From: Flavobacteriales bacterium | Lineage (GTDB): Bacteria; Bacteroidota; Bacteroidia; CAIKAF01 | DNA length: 38,126 bases | Assembly: GCA_040376605.1 (NCBI GenBank) | Contig: JBEIQI010000003.1 | Span: 1-38,126 of the forward strand | Reading direction: 5' to 3' | The notes under the pieces: model-generated | Told to the model about the DNA's origin: nothing | The model's input: the letters and a program-made list of their open reading frames with translations, nothing else | Databases searched by the model: none | In this document: piece by piece, positions 27,937 to 36,978 of the stretch | Layout: every line of letters starts with the position of its first letter | Numbering within the stretch: position 1 is the first letter of the stretch | Program-made: the position numbers and the translations under genes

Positions 27937-28853
27937 GATCCTTTCTTATTTAAAAACAACCTTTCCCAAAAACCTTTTTTTACGCCTTTTTCTTCAACAG
28001 GCTGTTTTGGAACATAATTATATTCTTTGATCAAAAGTTCTGTATCAATCTTCGGGAAATCATAAGGTACATAACCTAAGGATTTTCCAATTGAAGGCCG
28101 ACTAAAAATATCATTCCCGAAATTCTGAAAATTCACCATAAAATCCTCGTCCTGATCGAACATTTCTATTTCTCCCCGTCGTTGTTTATCCCAATAGCAA
28201 ATTTTTATGGTTGCTTCCTTATGAGTTACAAAGGTATTTACAACTGGCCTCACTTCTTGGGATAGATTTGGAGGTGAATAATGAATTATGCTTTGATCGA
28301 AGACAATCGCCTGCCCAGCCTTTAAATAGCATGGCTGCATCAATGATTTTACCTCATTTACCATACCATCATAAATATCAGGTAAAGAAGAGCCACGATA
28401 TGTTCTAAAAAGTCGATGACTCCTTGGTAAAACTTCTATCGCTCCATTTTTTGAATCCAAATCAACTAAAGGAATCCAAATATTCGTGCCAGTATATTTC
28501 GTTTCATCCACCAATGTCATATCCTGATGAAGAATCAATTCGCTTTTTTCACCTGGTGCCTTGGCAATATAACTCCCACAATAGACCTTATAATCGGTAA
28601 AGAAATGTTCCAATCCGCGTCTCATCGTTAATTGGATCTCATCATCTACCTTTTTCCTGTAATCCGTATCTATTGCAAAAGTACTGGTATAAAATCCTGT
28701 AACCCCTTGTGGATGTAAATCATCAAAAAGTTGTTTAAGGTATTTTACTTCATCCATGTTTAAAAAGTCCAGTATAACATACCCTTCTGTATTGAACATA
28801 TTTTGAAGTTCAGGGTTGCTAAATATTCGTGCTTTGTTGTCGAAATTAATCAT
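27933..28853 (-). CDS. PhyH-family Fe(II)/2-oxoglutarate dioxygenase
   Basis: HQDMTLVDE, WIPLVD, IHYSPPN...RPV; tail KKGFWERLFLNKKGS. Confidence 0.88.
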   Translation of the reverse strand: MINFDNKARIFSNPELQNMFNTEGYVILDFLNMDEVKYLKQLFDDLHPQGVTGFYTSTFAIDTDYRKKVDDEIQLTMRRGLEHFFTDYKVYCGSYIAKAPGEKSELILHQDMTLVDETKYTGTNIWIPLVDLDSKNGAIEVLPRSHRLFRTYRGSSLPDIYDGMVNEVKSLMQPCYLKAGQAIVFDQSIIHYSPPNLSQEVRPVVNTFVTHKEATIKICYWDKQRRGEIEMFDQDEDFMVNFQNFGNDIFSRPSIGKSLGYVPYDFPKIDTELLIKEYNYVPKQPVEEKGVKKGFWERLFLNKKGS

Positions 28854-28857
28854 GTTC

Positions 28858-30747
28858 TTACTTCTTCGTTAATCGATGTTTAATTTCAGCAATGATATTT
28901 GTTGGGGTATAGATTTGAAAAAACCCTCTTTTAGAAGTCTCGTTGGTAATTAAAGGCTCTTCATTCAAACTGACATTTTGCTTGGGTTTCCCGTCCATAT
29001 TATAATGATACATTCCCGCCAATTCTTCCATCAATTCATTATTAAACTTTACGCCCGGGGTAGTACATATTAGTTGAGTAATCTCTTCTTTTGAAAACTC
29101 CTGTGCAATTTTTTTAAACGATTCGATTGCCTTCAGTTCATTCGGTTTAGTATTTGCATTATAATATTCCGACATTCTAGAATTATTATACAAGGGGAAA
29201 AATGCCGGTTCTACTTCGTACACTTCAATCCTTTCTTCATTACCAGGTAATTGATAATAATGTCTTAAACGAGCTTCCTTTTGCGTAATTCCAATTCCTG
29301 CAGCTATTCTTGATTTTCCAGAAATATTTGGAGGAGATGCATGAATGGTTTTATTATTAAAAATCAAAGCCTCACCAGCCTTCATGTCTATAACTTCTAC
29401 ATAAGGAAACAAATTAAATACATGATCTGATAATAATGACTTAGCTTGTGGAGAAGGAGAGGCCCTTGGGAAATTAAACAATTTATGACTCCCCCTAATA
29501 ATACCCAAAGCCCCATTGTTTTTATTTACGTCCATTAATGGAATCCAAACGGTGCCTGAGCAAAACTCCGTTTCGTCAACAAAACTCCAATCCTGATGTG
29601 GAGGTACGATATTTTCAAGCCCAGCCTCCTTTATTACGTAACTAGCAGTAAATGCCTGATAGTTCAACAAAAATGGACTTAACTTGGGTATAATGGTATC
29701 AAATAAAATTTTAAAAACACCATTTCTATAATCTGCACTTTTATTTTCCAGACTAATATGAAAACCATAATCTTTCACATGGTCATGGTTTAAAGATAAA
29801 TAATACTTCTTTAAAGTATTCACTTCATCATCATTCAATAAGGATAGCATAACAAATCCATCCCGATCAAATTTCTCCTGAATCGTTGAATCGCTGAACA
29901 AAGGTTGAGGTGTGAATTCGAGTGATCTTTGATGATTAATTTCATCCATTCGTTGAATAAATTCATCGGATTTTATTCGGTCACTTTTTTGCTGAATCAC
30001 CTCTAGAAGTTCTGCTTCCAAAGGTGCTTCTCCCTCATTAGAAAACGTAATAAAGAAGTCATCTTTAACCCTAAATTTTTGAAAAGTGTCCTTTTCCTTT
30101 TGATGATAAAAAATGAGATCAGCATCCTTGTGAACTAATCCAAAAGCCACCGCAATACGGGGCTTATCCGATTCATTTTTATTGGATCCATGAATGATCG
30201 ATTGATCAAATATAAAGGCCTCTCCCGCCTTCATATACAAGGTATGGGCAAGTTTATCTAGGGTGTCCTGAATATCCTTTAGATGATCAAAATTGCCTGG
30301 TCCTCTTTTGTATCTGGAAAATTCATGGCTTGAAGGAACCACCTTAATTGCTCCATTCGTTTCATTCGTTTCATTCAAACTAACCCAAACCGTTATACTT
30401 CGAAATTGATCCTCATCCACTACCGTCCAATCCTGATGAAAAGGCATGTGGCCTCCCTGGCCTTGATTCTTAACTAAAAACTGAGCCCCAAGCGTCTTAT
30501 AGTCAGAAAAATGTTGTTGTATAATGGGATCCAGAATTGAAATCAGACTATCATTAAGCCGTTTTTTTTTCTCTATATCCTTAACAAAAGTGCTTGAATA
30601 AAAATTTTCAGACCCCTCTGGAAAACTTTGATGATAAAGGTTATTCAACTTTACCACCGTTAATTCATCTAAAAGCTTTTTACGTAAAAAGCCATATTGC
30701 GTAAACCTTTCTGCATCCGAATGATATTTAAAAACATTATTCATCAT
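28858..30747 (-). CDS. Tandem two-domain PhyH-family dioxygenase
   Basis: Two complete motif sets: HQDWTVVDE...IHGSNKN...RIA and HQDWSFVDE...IHASPPN...RIA; 629 aa. Confidence 0.88.
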   Translation of the reverse strand: MMNNVFKYHSDAERFTQYGFLRKKLLDELTVVKLNNLYHQSFPEGSENFYSSTFVKDIEKKKRLNDSLISILDPIIQQHFSDYKTLGAQFLVKNQGQGGHMPFHQDWTVVDEDQFRSITVWVSLNETNETNGAIKVVPSSHEFSRYKRGPGNFDHLKDIQDTLDKLAHTLYMKAGEAFIFDQSIIHGSNKNESDKPRIAVAFGLVHKDADLIFYHQKEKDTFQKFRVKDDFFITFSNEGEAPLEAELLEVIQQKSDRIKSDEFIQRMDEINHQRSLEFTPQPLFSDSTIQEKFDRDGFVMLSLLNDDEVNTLKKYYLSLNHDHVKDYGFHISLENKSADYRNGVFKILFDTIIPKLSPFLLNYQAFTASYVIKEAGLENIVPPHQDWSFVDETEFCSGTVWIPLMDVNKNNGALGIIRGSHKLFNFPRASPSPQAKSLLSDHVFNLFPYVEVIDMKAGEALIFNNKTIHASPPNISGKSRIAAGIGITQKEARLRHYYQLPGNEERIEVYEVEPAFFPLYNNSRMSEYYNANTKPNELKAIESFKKIAQEFSKEEITQLICTTPGVKFNNELMEELAGMYHYNMDGKPKQNVSLNEEPLITNETSKRGFFQIYTPTNIIAEIKHRLTKK

Positions 30748-31664
30748 AATCCTTTCAATAAACCCATGGCCTTGTTTAATAATCCTGGAGTTTGATCAAA
30801 TCTTTTTCCCTTTAACCCTTTTAAAAATTCTTCATAGGTAAATGGATGATCTTTAAATTTGAGCACCTTCAATTCTCGTTTCCCATGAGGTTGTAACCAC
30901 GGATGAAACTCCATATAAAAACTCTGATCCGTTTCGAAAACATGCACTTTGTTTTTGTCTACTGTTCTGTCCAAATGATAATGAACCGGATGAGTGCATT
31001 TCGGGATTAGAATTAATTGAATGGTTAACCGTAATCCTGAGGTTTGGTTAATATTGCTATAATGAACAATGCTGTCATCTAAGATAACTCCCGTCCCGGC
31101 CTTCACATTCATCGGTGTCAGGTGCTTATTAATAATCTCTTGTTTAATCCCTTCTAATTCCCATGGGATAAGTGGCCCCCGCAGTCTGCCAAATTTCTTA
31201 TGACTTCCATCCACCATTTGTAAGGTGCCATTCTCTTCATTACTATCTACCAATGGGACCCAAATTGAAACTGATGTAAATTTATCCTCTTCTACGAATG
31301 CCCAATTTTGATGCAATGGAACTTCCCCTCCTCCCTCTTTCTTGCGGATATAATTGGCAATGATGGGTGTATAGTCGTTTAAATATTCATCAACTCGTTT
31401 TTGAAAGGCCTTGGTGATTATGTTAAATACCTTTTTCTTATACTCTGGATTTCGATCAATAAATGTAAAATCGTAGGTGATTTCACTTTCTGTTTTAAAA
31501 TCGGTATCGTTACTCGTTTTGGATCCACCGCTTTCCGGTAAAGTTTCAAAAAACATCTGTTTCAAATATTCGACCTCCGATGCATCCAAGAAGGGAACCT
31601 GAACGTAACCTTTCCTGTCAAACTCTTCCTGTAAGGATTTATAACGCAAAACAACGTTGGGCAT
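30744..31664 (-). CDS. PhyH-family dioxygenase with variant HQN iron motif
   Basis: HQNWAFVEE, WVPLVD, VHYSNIN...RLT; tail GLLNKAMGLLKGL. Confidence 0.85.
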   Translation of the reverse strand: MPNVVLRYKSLQEEFDRKGYVQVPFLDASEVEYLKQMFFETLPESGGSKTSNDTDFKTESEITYDFTFIDRNPEYKKKVFNIITKAFQKRVDEYLNDYTPIIANYIRKKEGGGEVPLHQNWAFVEEDKFTSVSIWVPLVDSNEENGTLQMVDGSHKKFGRLRGPLIPWELEGIKQEIINKHLTPMNVKAGTGVILDDSIVHYSNINQTSGLRLTIQLILIPKCTHPVHYHLDRTVDKNKVHVFETDQSFYMEFHPWLQPHGKRELKVLKFKDHPFTYEEFLKGLKGKRFDQTPGLLNKAMGLLKGL

Positions 31665-31677
31665 AAAATTTAAGGTG

Positions 31678-32496
31678 TTAAAGTCTTTCCACTATTTGTT
31701 TTTCAAATTTAACGAAAAAAACCAAGGAAATGAATAGCAACAATAAGGTGGCCGCAAAAACTAAAATTGCCCCTATTGAAATCCCGGCTCCTTCAAATAA
31801 CGCTCCTCGAAGTCCTTCTACAGCCGTGGCAAGAGGATTTATGTATTTAATATATATCTGAAACCGAGTCGGAATAATTGAAACGGGATAGAATACTGGA
31901 GTTAGCCAAATTCCAAAGTTCATGATAAACGGTAAAATGTGCAGGACGTCGCGAAAACGAACAATCATTATACTCAATAAAATGGCCACACTTAAAGAAA
32001 AAAGCACCGCCTCTAAAATAAAAAATAAGGCTATTAAAATATTTAATCCCAATGGGGTTTGATTAATTAAAATCATCACTATTAAAACCAAAAAGAGCAT
32101 CACGCTTTCAATTAATACTGGAAATGACTTTGCAACAATAATAATCAATCGAGGAAAAGATACTTTGGAGATTAATTCCGTAGATTCTAACAACGCAACG
32201 CTACCCTTAGAAACAATGCCGGTGAAAATATACCATATAACCAATCCGCTAAAAACAAACTGAATGTATGGAATATTTTTCGTGTCAATTTTAATCAAAT
32301 AATTAAAGAATATAGAATAAATAACCACGGCAACTAGCGGCTGAATGATCATCCAGCCAACACCTAAAACAGCCCTAGAATATTTTACCTTCAGCTCTCT
32401 GTTAGCGAGTGACCTTAATAAAAAGCCGTATGCCTTCAACCTTTTTATATAGGCGACCAAAGTATAAGGCCTATTGTTAATTTCCTTTTGGCTCAT
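31678..32496 (-). CDS. wzm: Polysaccharide ABC exporter permease (ABC-2 type)
   Basis: RELKVKYSRAVLGVGWMIIQPL, KVSFPR, RFRD, TPVFYP, NPL. Confidence 0.92.
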   Translation of the reverse strand: MSQKEINNRPYTLVAYIKRLKAYGFLLRSLANRELKVKYSRAVLGVGWMIIQPLVAVVIYSIFFNYLIKIDTKNIPYIQFVFSGLVIWYIFTGIVSKGSVALLESTELISKVSFPRLIIIVAKSFPVLIESVMLFLVLIVMILINQTPLGLNILIALFFILEAVLFSLSVAILLSIMIVRFRDVLHILPFIMNFGIWLTPVFYPVSIIPTRFQIYIKYINPLATAVEGLRGALFEGAGISIGAILVFAATLLLLFISLVFFVKFEKQIVERL

Positions 32497-33448
32497 ACGC
32501 TTTAATACGCTTGGGTTTACGTTGTATTATCCAATTACCAATTAATACCGGTGGGTATTTTATATAATAATTAACTAATCGATAGTTAGATTTATTCAGA
32601 TCAAAAGCAATAGGGGTCGGAATTTTAAAAAATTGAGAATATACCTTACTAAAAATCGGTATGTCCATAAAGAAAAATATTGACCAAGGAAATCTTAATA
32701 ACTGAAGCCAAAAAACATATGCTCTTTCAGAAGTATTCAATAGTTTCCGTTCTCGTTTTACCAAGGATCTGCATTCTCCCAGATATTCGTTCCCAAATGT
32801 TTTAGATACCTGATTCTCATTTCTATGACGAAACCCGGCCAGGTTACTCAAAACCGTATAAAGCTTTTCCCGACGGAAAAATCTTGTCCATAATTCCATG
32901 TCCCCGGCATACTTGATGTTATGGTCCATTTTGCTTCCAGCCATCTCCCAAACATGCCTTCTCCAAAAGCTAGATTCCTGCTGTATATATTGAAAATCAT
33001 TTGTTAAATACCTATACTTTGACCAGCGGGCCCAAGGTAAAGCAATTCGATTGATGGAAGAACCCTTTTCATTAAACTCGCCAGGAATTCCCATCAACCA
33101 ATTTACCTGCGGTAATTGGGTAAAAACATCCGCTACCGTTTGAAATGAATTGGGCAAATATTTATCATCCGAATTAATCCAAGCCATAATATCGCCGGTA
33201 CACATATTGAGCCCCTTTTCAACGGCATAGTATTGCCCTTTATCCTTTGCACTTTCCCAATAACTTAGTTGACCCTCATATTTCTTGATAATCTCAACAC
33301 TGTTATCCGTACTTCCACCATCAATGATGATATATTCTAAATTTGGGTAATTTTGACTTAAAACCGATTGAATGGTTTCTTCCAAATATTTTCCCTGATT
33401 ATAACTAATGGTAACAATGGATATTTTAGGTAAACTTTCCAATAGCAT
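32477..33448 (-). CDS. Glycosyltransferase family 2 (WcaE-like)
   Basis: ISIVTISYNQ, IDGGSTD, DKGQ, WINSDD. Confidence 0.9.
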   Translation of the reverse strand: MLLESLPKISIVTISYNQGKYLEETIQSVLSQNYPNLEYIIIDGGSTDNSVEIIKKYEGQLSYWESAKDKGQYYAVEKGLNMCTGDIMAWINSDDKYLPNSFQTVADVFTQLPQVNWLMGIPGEFNEKGSSINRIALPWARWSKYRYLTNDFQYIQQESSFWRRHVWEMAGSKMDHNIKYAGDMELWTRFFRREKLYTVLSNLAGFRHRNENQVSKTFGNEYLGECRSLVKRERKLLNTSERAYVFWLQLLRFPWSIFFFMDIPIFSKVYSQFFKIPTPIAFDLNKSNYRLVNYYIKYPPVLIGNWIIQRKPKRIKAYEPKGN

Positions 33449-33504
33449 ATTTTAATGGCAATAAATATACTAATCCTGAACCAATTAACCGGATTTAATA
33501 CCCG

Positions 33505-34374
33505 TTGAAAAGAAAAATAGCACATATCATCAATCCCTTTATTGCTTCGGAAGGTTCAGACCTAGCGTATGCCCAACCAATTACCTTCCAAACCATGCTC
33601 CTTGCCAAAAACAAGGCCGAAACCATCATGGATATTGAGCTATTGGCAGCAGCATTTCCGGAAGATGAAAAAATCATTCCATCATATTTTAAAAAAACCA
33701 GTTTCTTGGAAAAGAGTGTTTTGGGTTTTAATGATTTTCAGAAAAAAATAAAATTACCGTGCATTGCCGAAATTTTACAAAAAGCATTTGAGGAGAGTGA
33801 AGCCGACTATATTATTTATTCGAATGCTGATATTGGTTTGTATCCTGACTTTTATTTAACCGTAAATACTTTAATTGATGAAGATTTTGATGCCGTTATT
33901 ATCAATAGAAAACGGCTTAAACCTAAATATACCAAGGTGGAGGAGATTGATCGTATTTTATTGCAGGAAGGTAAATCACATCCCGGTTTTGATTGTTTTG
34001 TATTCCATAGGAGTATTTATCCCAAATTAGTTCTTGAGAATATTTGCATTGGAGTTCCATTTATAGAAATTACTTTATCCCAAAATCTATTTCACCTGTC
34101 TAATAAATTTAAATTAATCGAATCTGCACGAAATACGTTTCATATAGGTATGGAGATCTTTAAAAATAGAGCTCCCAAAGAATATGTAAAATTTAACCGA
34201 ATTGAATTTAGAAGGGCAATATGCAAACTCGATCCTTTCCTAAAAAGCAAAAACCTGCCATATAGCCATTTAATATTACCATTAAGAATAATCAAGTGGG
34301 GCCTACATCCCTGTATCCCAATAAAACTAGCCTTAGGTTTGGAAATCAAACGTTGGTTCGGTAGGAAAAATTAA
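33505..34374 (+). CDS. Hypothetical protein, possible GT-A-like nucleotide-diphospho-sugar transferase
   Basis: AHIINP, DYIIYSNADI, HPGFDCFVF; TTG start. Confidence 0.5.
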   Translation: MKRKIAHIINPFIASEGSDLAYAQPITFQTMLLAKNKAETIMDIELLAAAFPEDEKIIPSYFKKTSFLEKSVLGFNDFQKKIKLPCIAEILQKAFEESEADYIIYSNADIGLYPDFYLTVNTLIDEDFDAVIINRKRLKPKYTKVEEIDRILLQEGKSHPGFDCFVFHRSIYPKLVLENICIGVPFIEITLSQNLFHLSNKFKLIESARNTFHIGMEIFKNRAPKEYVKFNRIEFRRAICKLDPFLKSKNLPYSHLILPLRIIKWGLHPCIPIKLALGLEIKRWFGRKN

Positions 34375-34404
34375 AATAAATGTCCGTTGGTATTTCTCAT
34401 TATA

Positions 34405-35049
34405 TTATACAAGTGAGGCCGGCACTTCAATCAACTGAAACTTGATATCATCAAAATGAAGATATTTTAGTATCCACTTATCATGACTATCCACATAAAC
34501 ATTCACCGAAGCATTTTTAGCAAATAATTGATTGATTCTGGAAATAGAAGATTGAGGGGAAAAAAAACTAGACTTTTTACAATTATATAAATCAAATTCA
34601 TCATTTACGGTCGAATAATATTGATATCCTAATTGTCTGTTAAAATTGATGGCATTGATGTTTTTTTTGGATATTTTGGCGAATAACTCATTCAATATAA
34701 AACATTTAAAAGCTGTTTTCATTAAAACTAAAATAGAAAACATAGGAGAAATACCTCCAATAAAATTTTTATTCCCAACAAAAATTCCCGCTTCAGCTGT
34801 ACCTTTTTCCCAATTAATTTCCTTCAAATTAATTAACCCAATCGGTTCCTTGTCAACCAGAATTTTAAAATATAGATTACATTCTTTGTTTAGATTATTA
34901 AACCAATATTGCTGATCCTCTTCCGAAATAATTTTCCTGAATTCCATGAACTCCGCAACATGTTGCTCATTTCTCCAACCTCGTACCATCTCCAAATCAG
35001 ATTTAGAGATCAATTGAAGTTGTAGGTTTTCGCATTCAATTATAATCAT
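34405..35049 (-). CDS. GNAT N-acyltransferase, PseH-like (amino-sugar N-acylation)
   Basis: DLEMVRGWRN, AEAGIF, NINAINFNRQLGY. Confidence 0.8.
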   Translation of the reverse strand: MIIIECENLQLQLISKSDLEMVRGWRNEQHVAEFMEFRKIISEEDQQYWFNNLNKECNLYFKILVDKEPIGLINLKEINWEKGTAEAGIFVGNKNFIGGISPMFSILVLMKTAFKCFILNELFAKISKKNINAINFNRQLGYQYYSTVNDEFDLYNCKKSSFFSPQSSISRINQLFAKNASVNVYVDSHDKWILKYLHFDDIKFQLIEVPASLV

Positions 35050-35978
35050 CTCATCTTCTTAATGGAGTAATTGGGTCTTTTAATCCTTGAGTTATAAATT
35101 CTATTTACAAAAACAGCAAGTACTCCTATTCCCAGCATAATTATGCTGGTGCCCACAAAAAGAGATACAATCATAGAAGAATATCCAACCATGGTTCCAA
35201 CAGTAACTTTTTGAATAAAATAGTATGCCGCAAAAACAAAGCTTGTAATGGCTGTTAAAAAAGAAAAATAGATAATTACTTTTAATGGAAAGCTAGTATA
35301 ATAAAACACCAACTTTAATCCAATGTTAATGAGTTTTCCAAAAGTATATCCTGATTCAACATCTTTGCGTTTTTGATATTCTACATTCACATAATCAATA
35401 TCACTAGTATACCAGGAAATAATTTGATTTATAAATAGATGATCTTGGTTATGATGGTTTATTTTATCTACAACACTCCTTCTCATTAAACGGAAAGAAG
35501 ACCCAATGCTAGCTCCATTTTCAACTCGATTTAAAAAGAAAAATAAAAATCTTCTCCCTATACTTCGAATTGATTTCTGAGGTGCCTTTTCGAAAATTCC
35601 GTAAACCACATCCGATTGATTTTCGTCAGCCTTCTGAATGAGCAAAGTAATATCCTTTGGATGAAACTCCATATCATCATCAATTGTTATTACAATTTCT
35701 CCATTGGCATGATCAATTCCACACAAGGTTGAACTATTTTGTCCGAAGTTTTTAGAAAGACGAATAATTTTAACTTTATCAGGATGATGTTTCTTTAGGT
35801 CCTCCAGCTTTTCCCAAGATTCAATATTACCATGATCATCCACAAAAATAACTTCTAAGTGATATTTCGTTGGATCAATAGAAAGGCAAATTTCGGCAAA
35901 GAGCTCTTCCAGTGTTGCCGAACTATTATAAACGGGCACCACAACTGAAACCAATATTTTTTGTTCACTAGAGTTCAT
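35046..35978 (-). CDS. GtrB/ArnC-like polyprenol-phosphate glycosyltransferase (GT2)
   Basis: VVVPVYN, FVDD, LSKNFGQ, TIDDD, FRLM and two C-terminal TM helices. Confidence 0.85.
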   Translation of the reverse strand: MNSSEQKILVSVVVPVYNSSATLEELFAEICLSIDPTKYHLEVIFVDDHGNIESWEKLEDLKKHHPDKVKIIRLSKNFGQNSSTLCGIDHANGEIVITIDDDMEFHPKDITLLIQKADENQSDVVYGIFEKAPQKSIRSIGRRFLFFFLNRVENGASIGSSFRLMRRSVVDKINHHNQDHLFINQIISWYTSDIDYVNVEYQKRKDVESGYTFGKLINIGLKLVFYYTSFPLKVIIYFSFLTAITSFVFAAYYFIQKVTVGTMVGYSSMIVSLFVGTSIIMLGIGVLAVFVNRIYNSRIKRPNYSIKKMR

Positions 35979-36978
35979 CTATTTCCAAGCATTTCACATG
36001 GTCAAAATTAATTAAGGCAGATCCCCAAGAAAGCCCAACACCAAATCCCGCTAATAATACTTGGGCATTTACATTTTGTAACTTTTGGGCATTTGCTGCT
36101 ATACTCACCGGTATGGTAGCGCAACTGGTATTACCATAATCTTTTAATGAATACAATGTTTGATTTAAATCCATTCCGACCTTTTTTCTAATGGTCTCAT
36201 TTAACAATAAATTCGCCTGATGCATTACAAAATAATCAATATTGCCAATATTACAATTTTGGGATTCAAGCAATGAGGAAATATTAGTTGCCACTTCCTT
36301 TAATCCAAAATTGAAAATGTCCTGACCATTCATAAACAAAAAAGGTGAATCGGCTTGATTGGTGGATCTAGCACCACCTTTCCTTATAATGATTTTATCA
36401 TAACCTCTTCCATCAGATTGAAGATTAAAATGCATCGGTTCGGCCGTTTGGTCCCATTCTAAGGTAGTGCAGGAACCGGCATCCGAAAAAACCGGAATCA
36501 AGCTTTTATCGTCTTTGGCAATCGTTTTTGTTAAAGTATCACCTACCAATAAAATCCCCTTCTTGATCTTACCGCTGCTCATCAAAGCGGCTATGATCGA
36601 GAGTCCATAAACATAACCCGAGCAACCCTGATTAACATCAATTGCCATGCAGCTTTTTGATAAACCTAACTCATGCTGAATAAACATACTTGACCCTGGA
36701 ATAGAATAGTCGGATGTTTGACTAACAAAAACCAATATTTCAATTTCCTCTGGACTCCAACCCAAACTTCCCATCATTCTTCTGGTGGCATGAATGCATA
36801 AATCAGCTGCTGTTTCATGTTCACCAGCAATTCTTCTTTTTTCAATACCGGTAGTGTTTACAAGGGTTTTCTTTTCCTGGTCAGTTAGGTAATTTAAATC
36901 AAAATTGCTAACTATTTTAGAGGGAACCGTAACAGAAATACCCCTTAATTTAATATGTTGAGTGCTGAACAAAGCCAT
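35968..36978 (-). CDS. fabH: 3-oxoacyl-ACP synthase III family protein
   Basis: TGIEKRR, catalytic triad NQGCSG / HQAN / YGNTS, GFGVGLSWG. Confidence 0.88.
   Translation of the reverse strand: MALFSTQHIKLRGISVTVPSKIVSNFDLNYLTDQEKKTLVNTTGIEKRRIAGEHETAADLCIHATRRMMGSLGWSPEEIEILVFVSQTSDYSIPGSSMFIQHELGLSKSCMAIDVNQGCSGYVYGLSIIAALMSSGKIKKGILLVGDTLTKTIAKDDKSLIPVFSDAGSCTTLEWDQTAEPMHFNLQSDGRGYDKIIIRKGGARSTNQADSPFLFMNGQDIFNFGLKEVATNISSLLESQNCNIGNIDYFVMHQANLLLNETIRKKVGMDLNQTLYSLKDYGNTSCATIPVSIAANAQKLQNVNAQVLLAGFGVGLSWGSALINFDHVKCLEIDEL

Noticed and set aside
30744-31664. Fe/2OG halogenase call
   Set aside because: Known halogenases have Ala/Gly at the carboxylate position, not Asn
23192-31677. Mobile-element origin of the cassette between wzm and wzt
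   Set aside because: No transposase, integrase or terminal repeats seen; junctions are tight (7 and 13 nt), consistent with long-term integration
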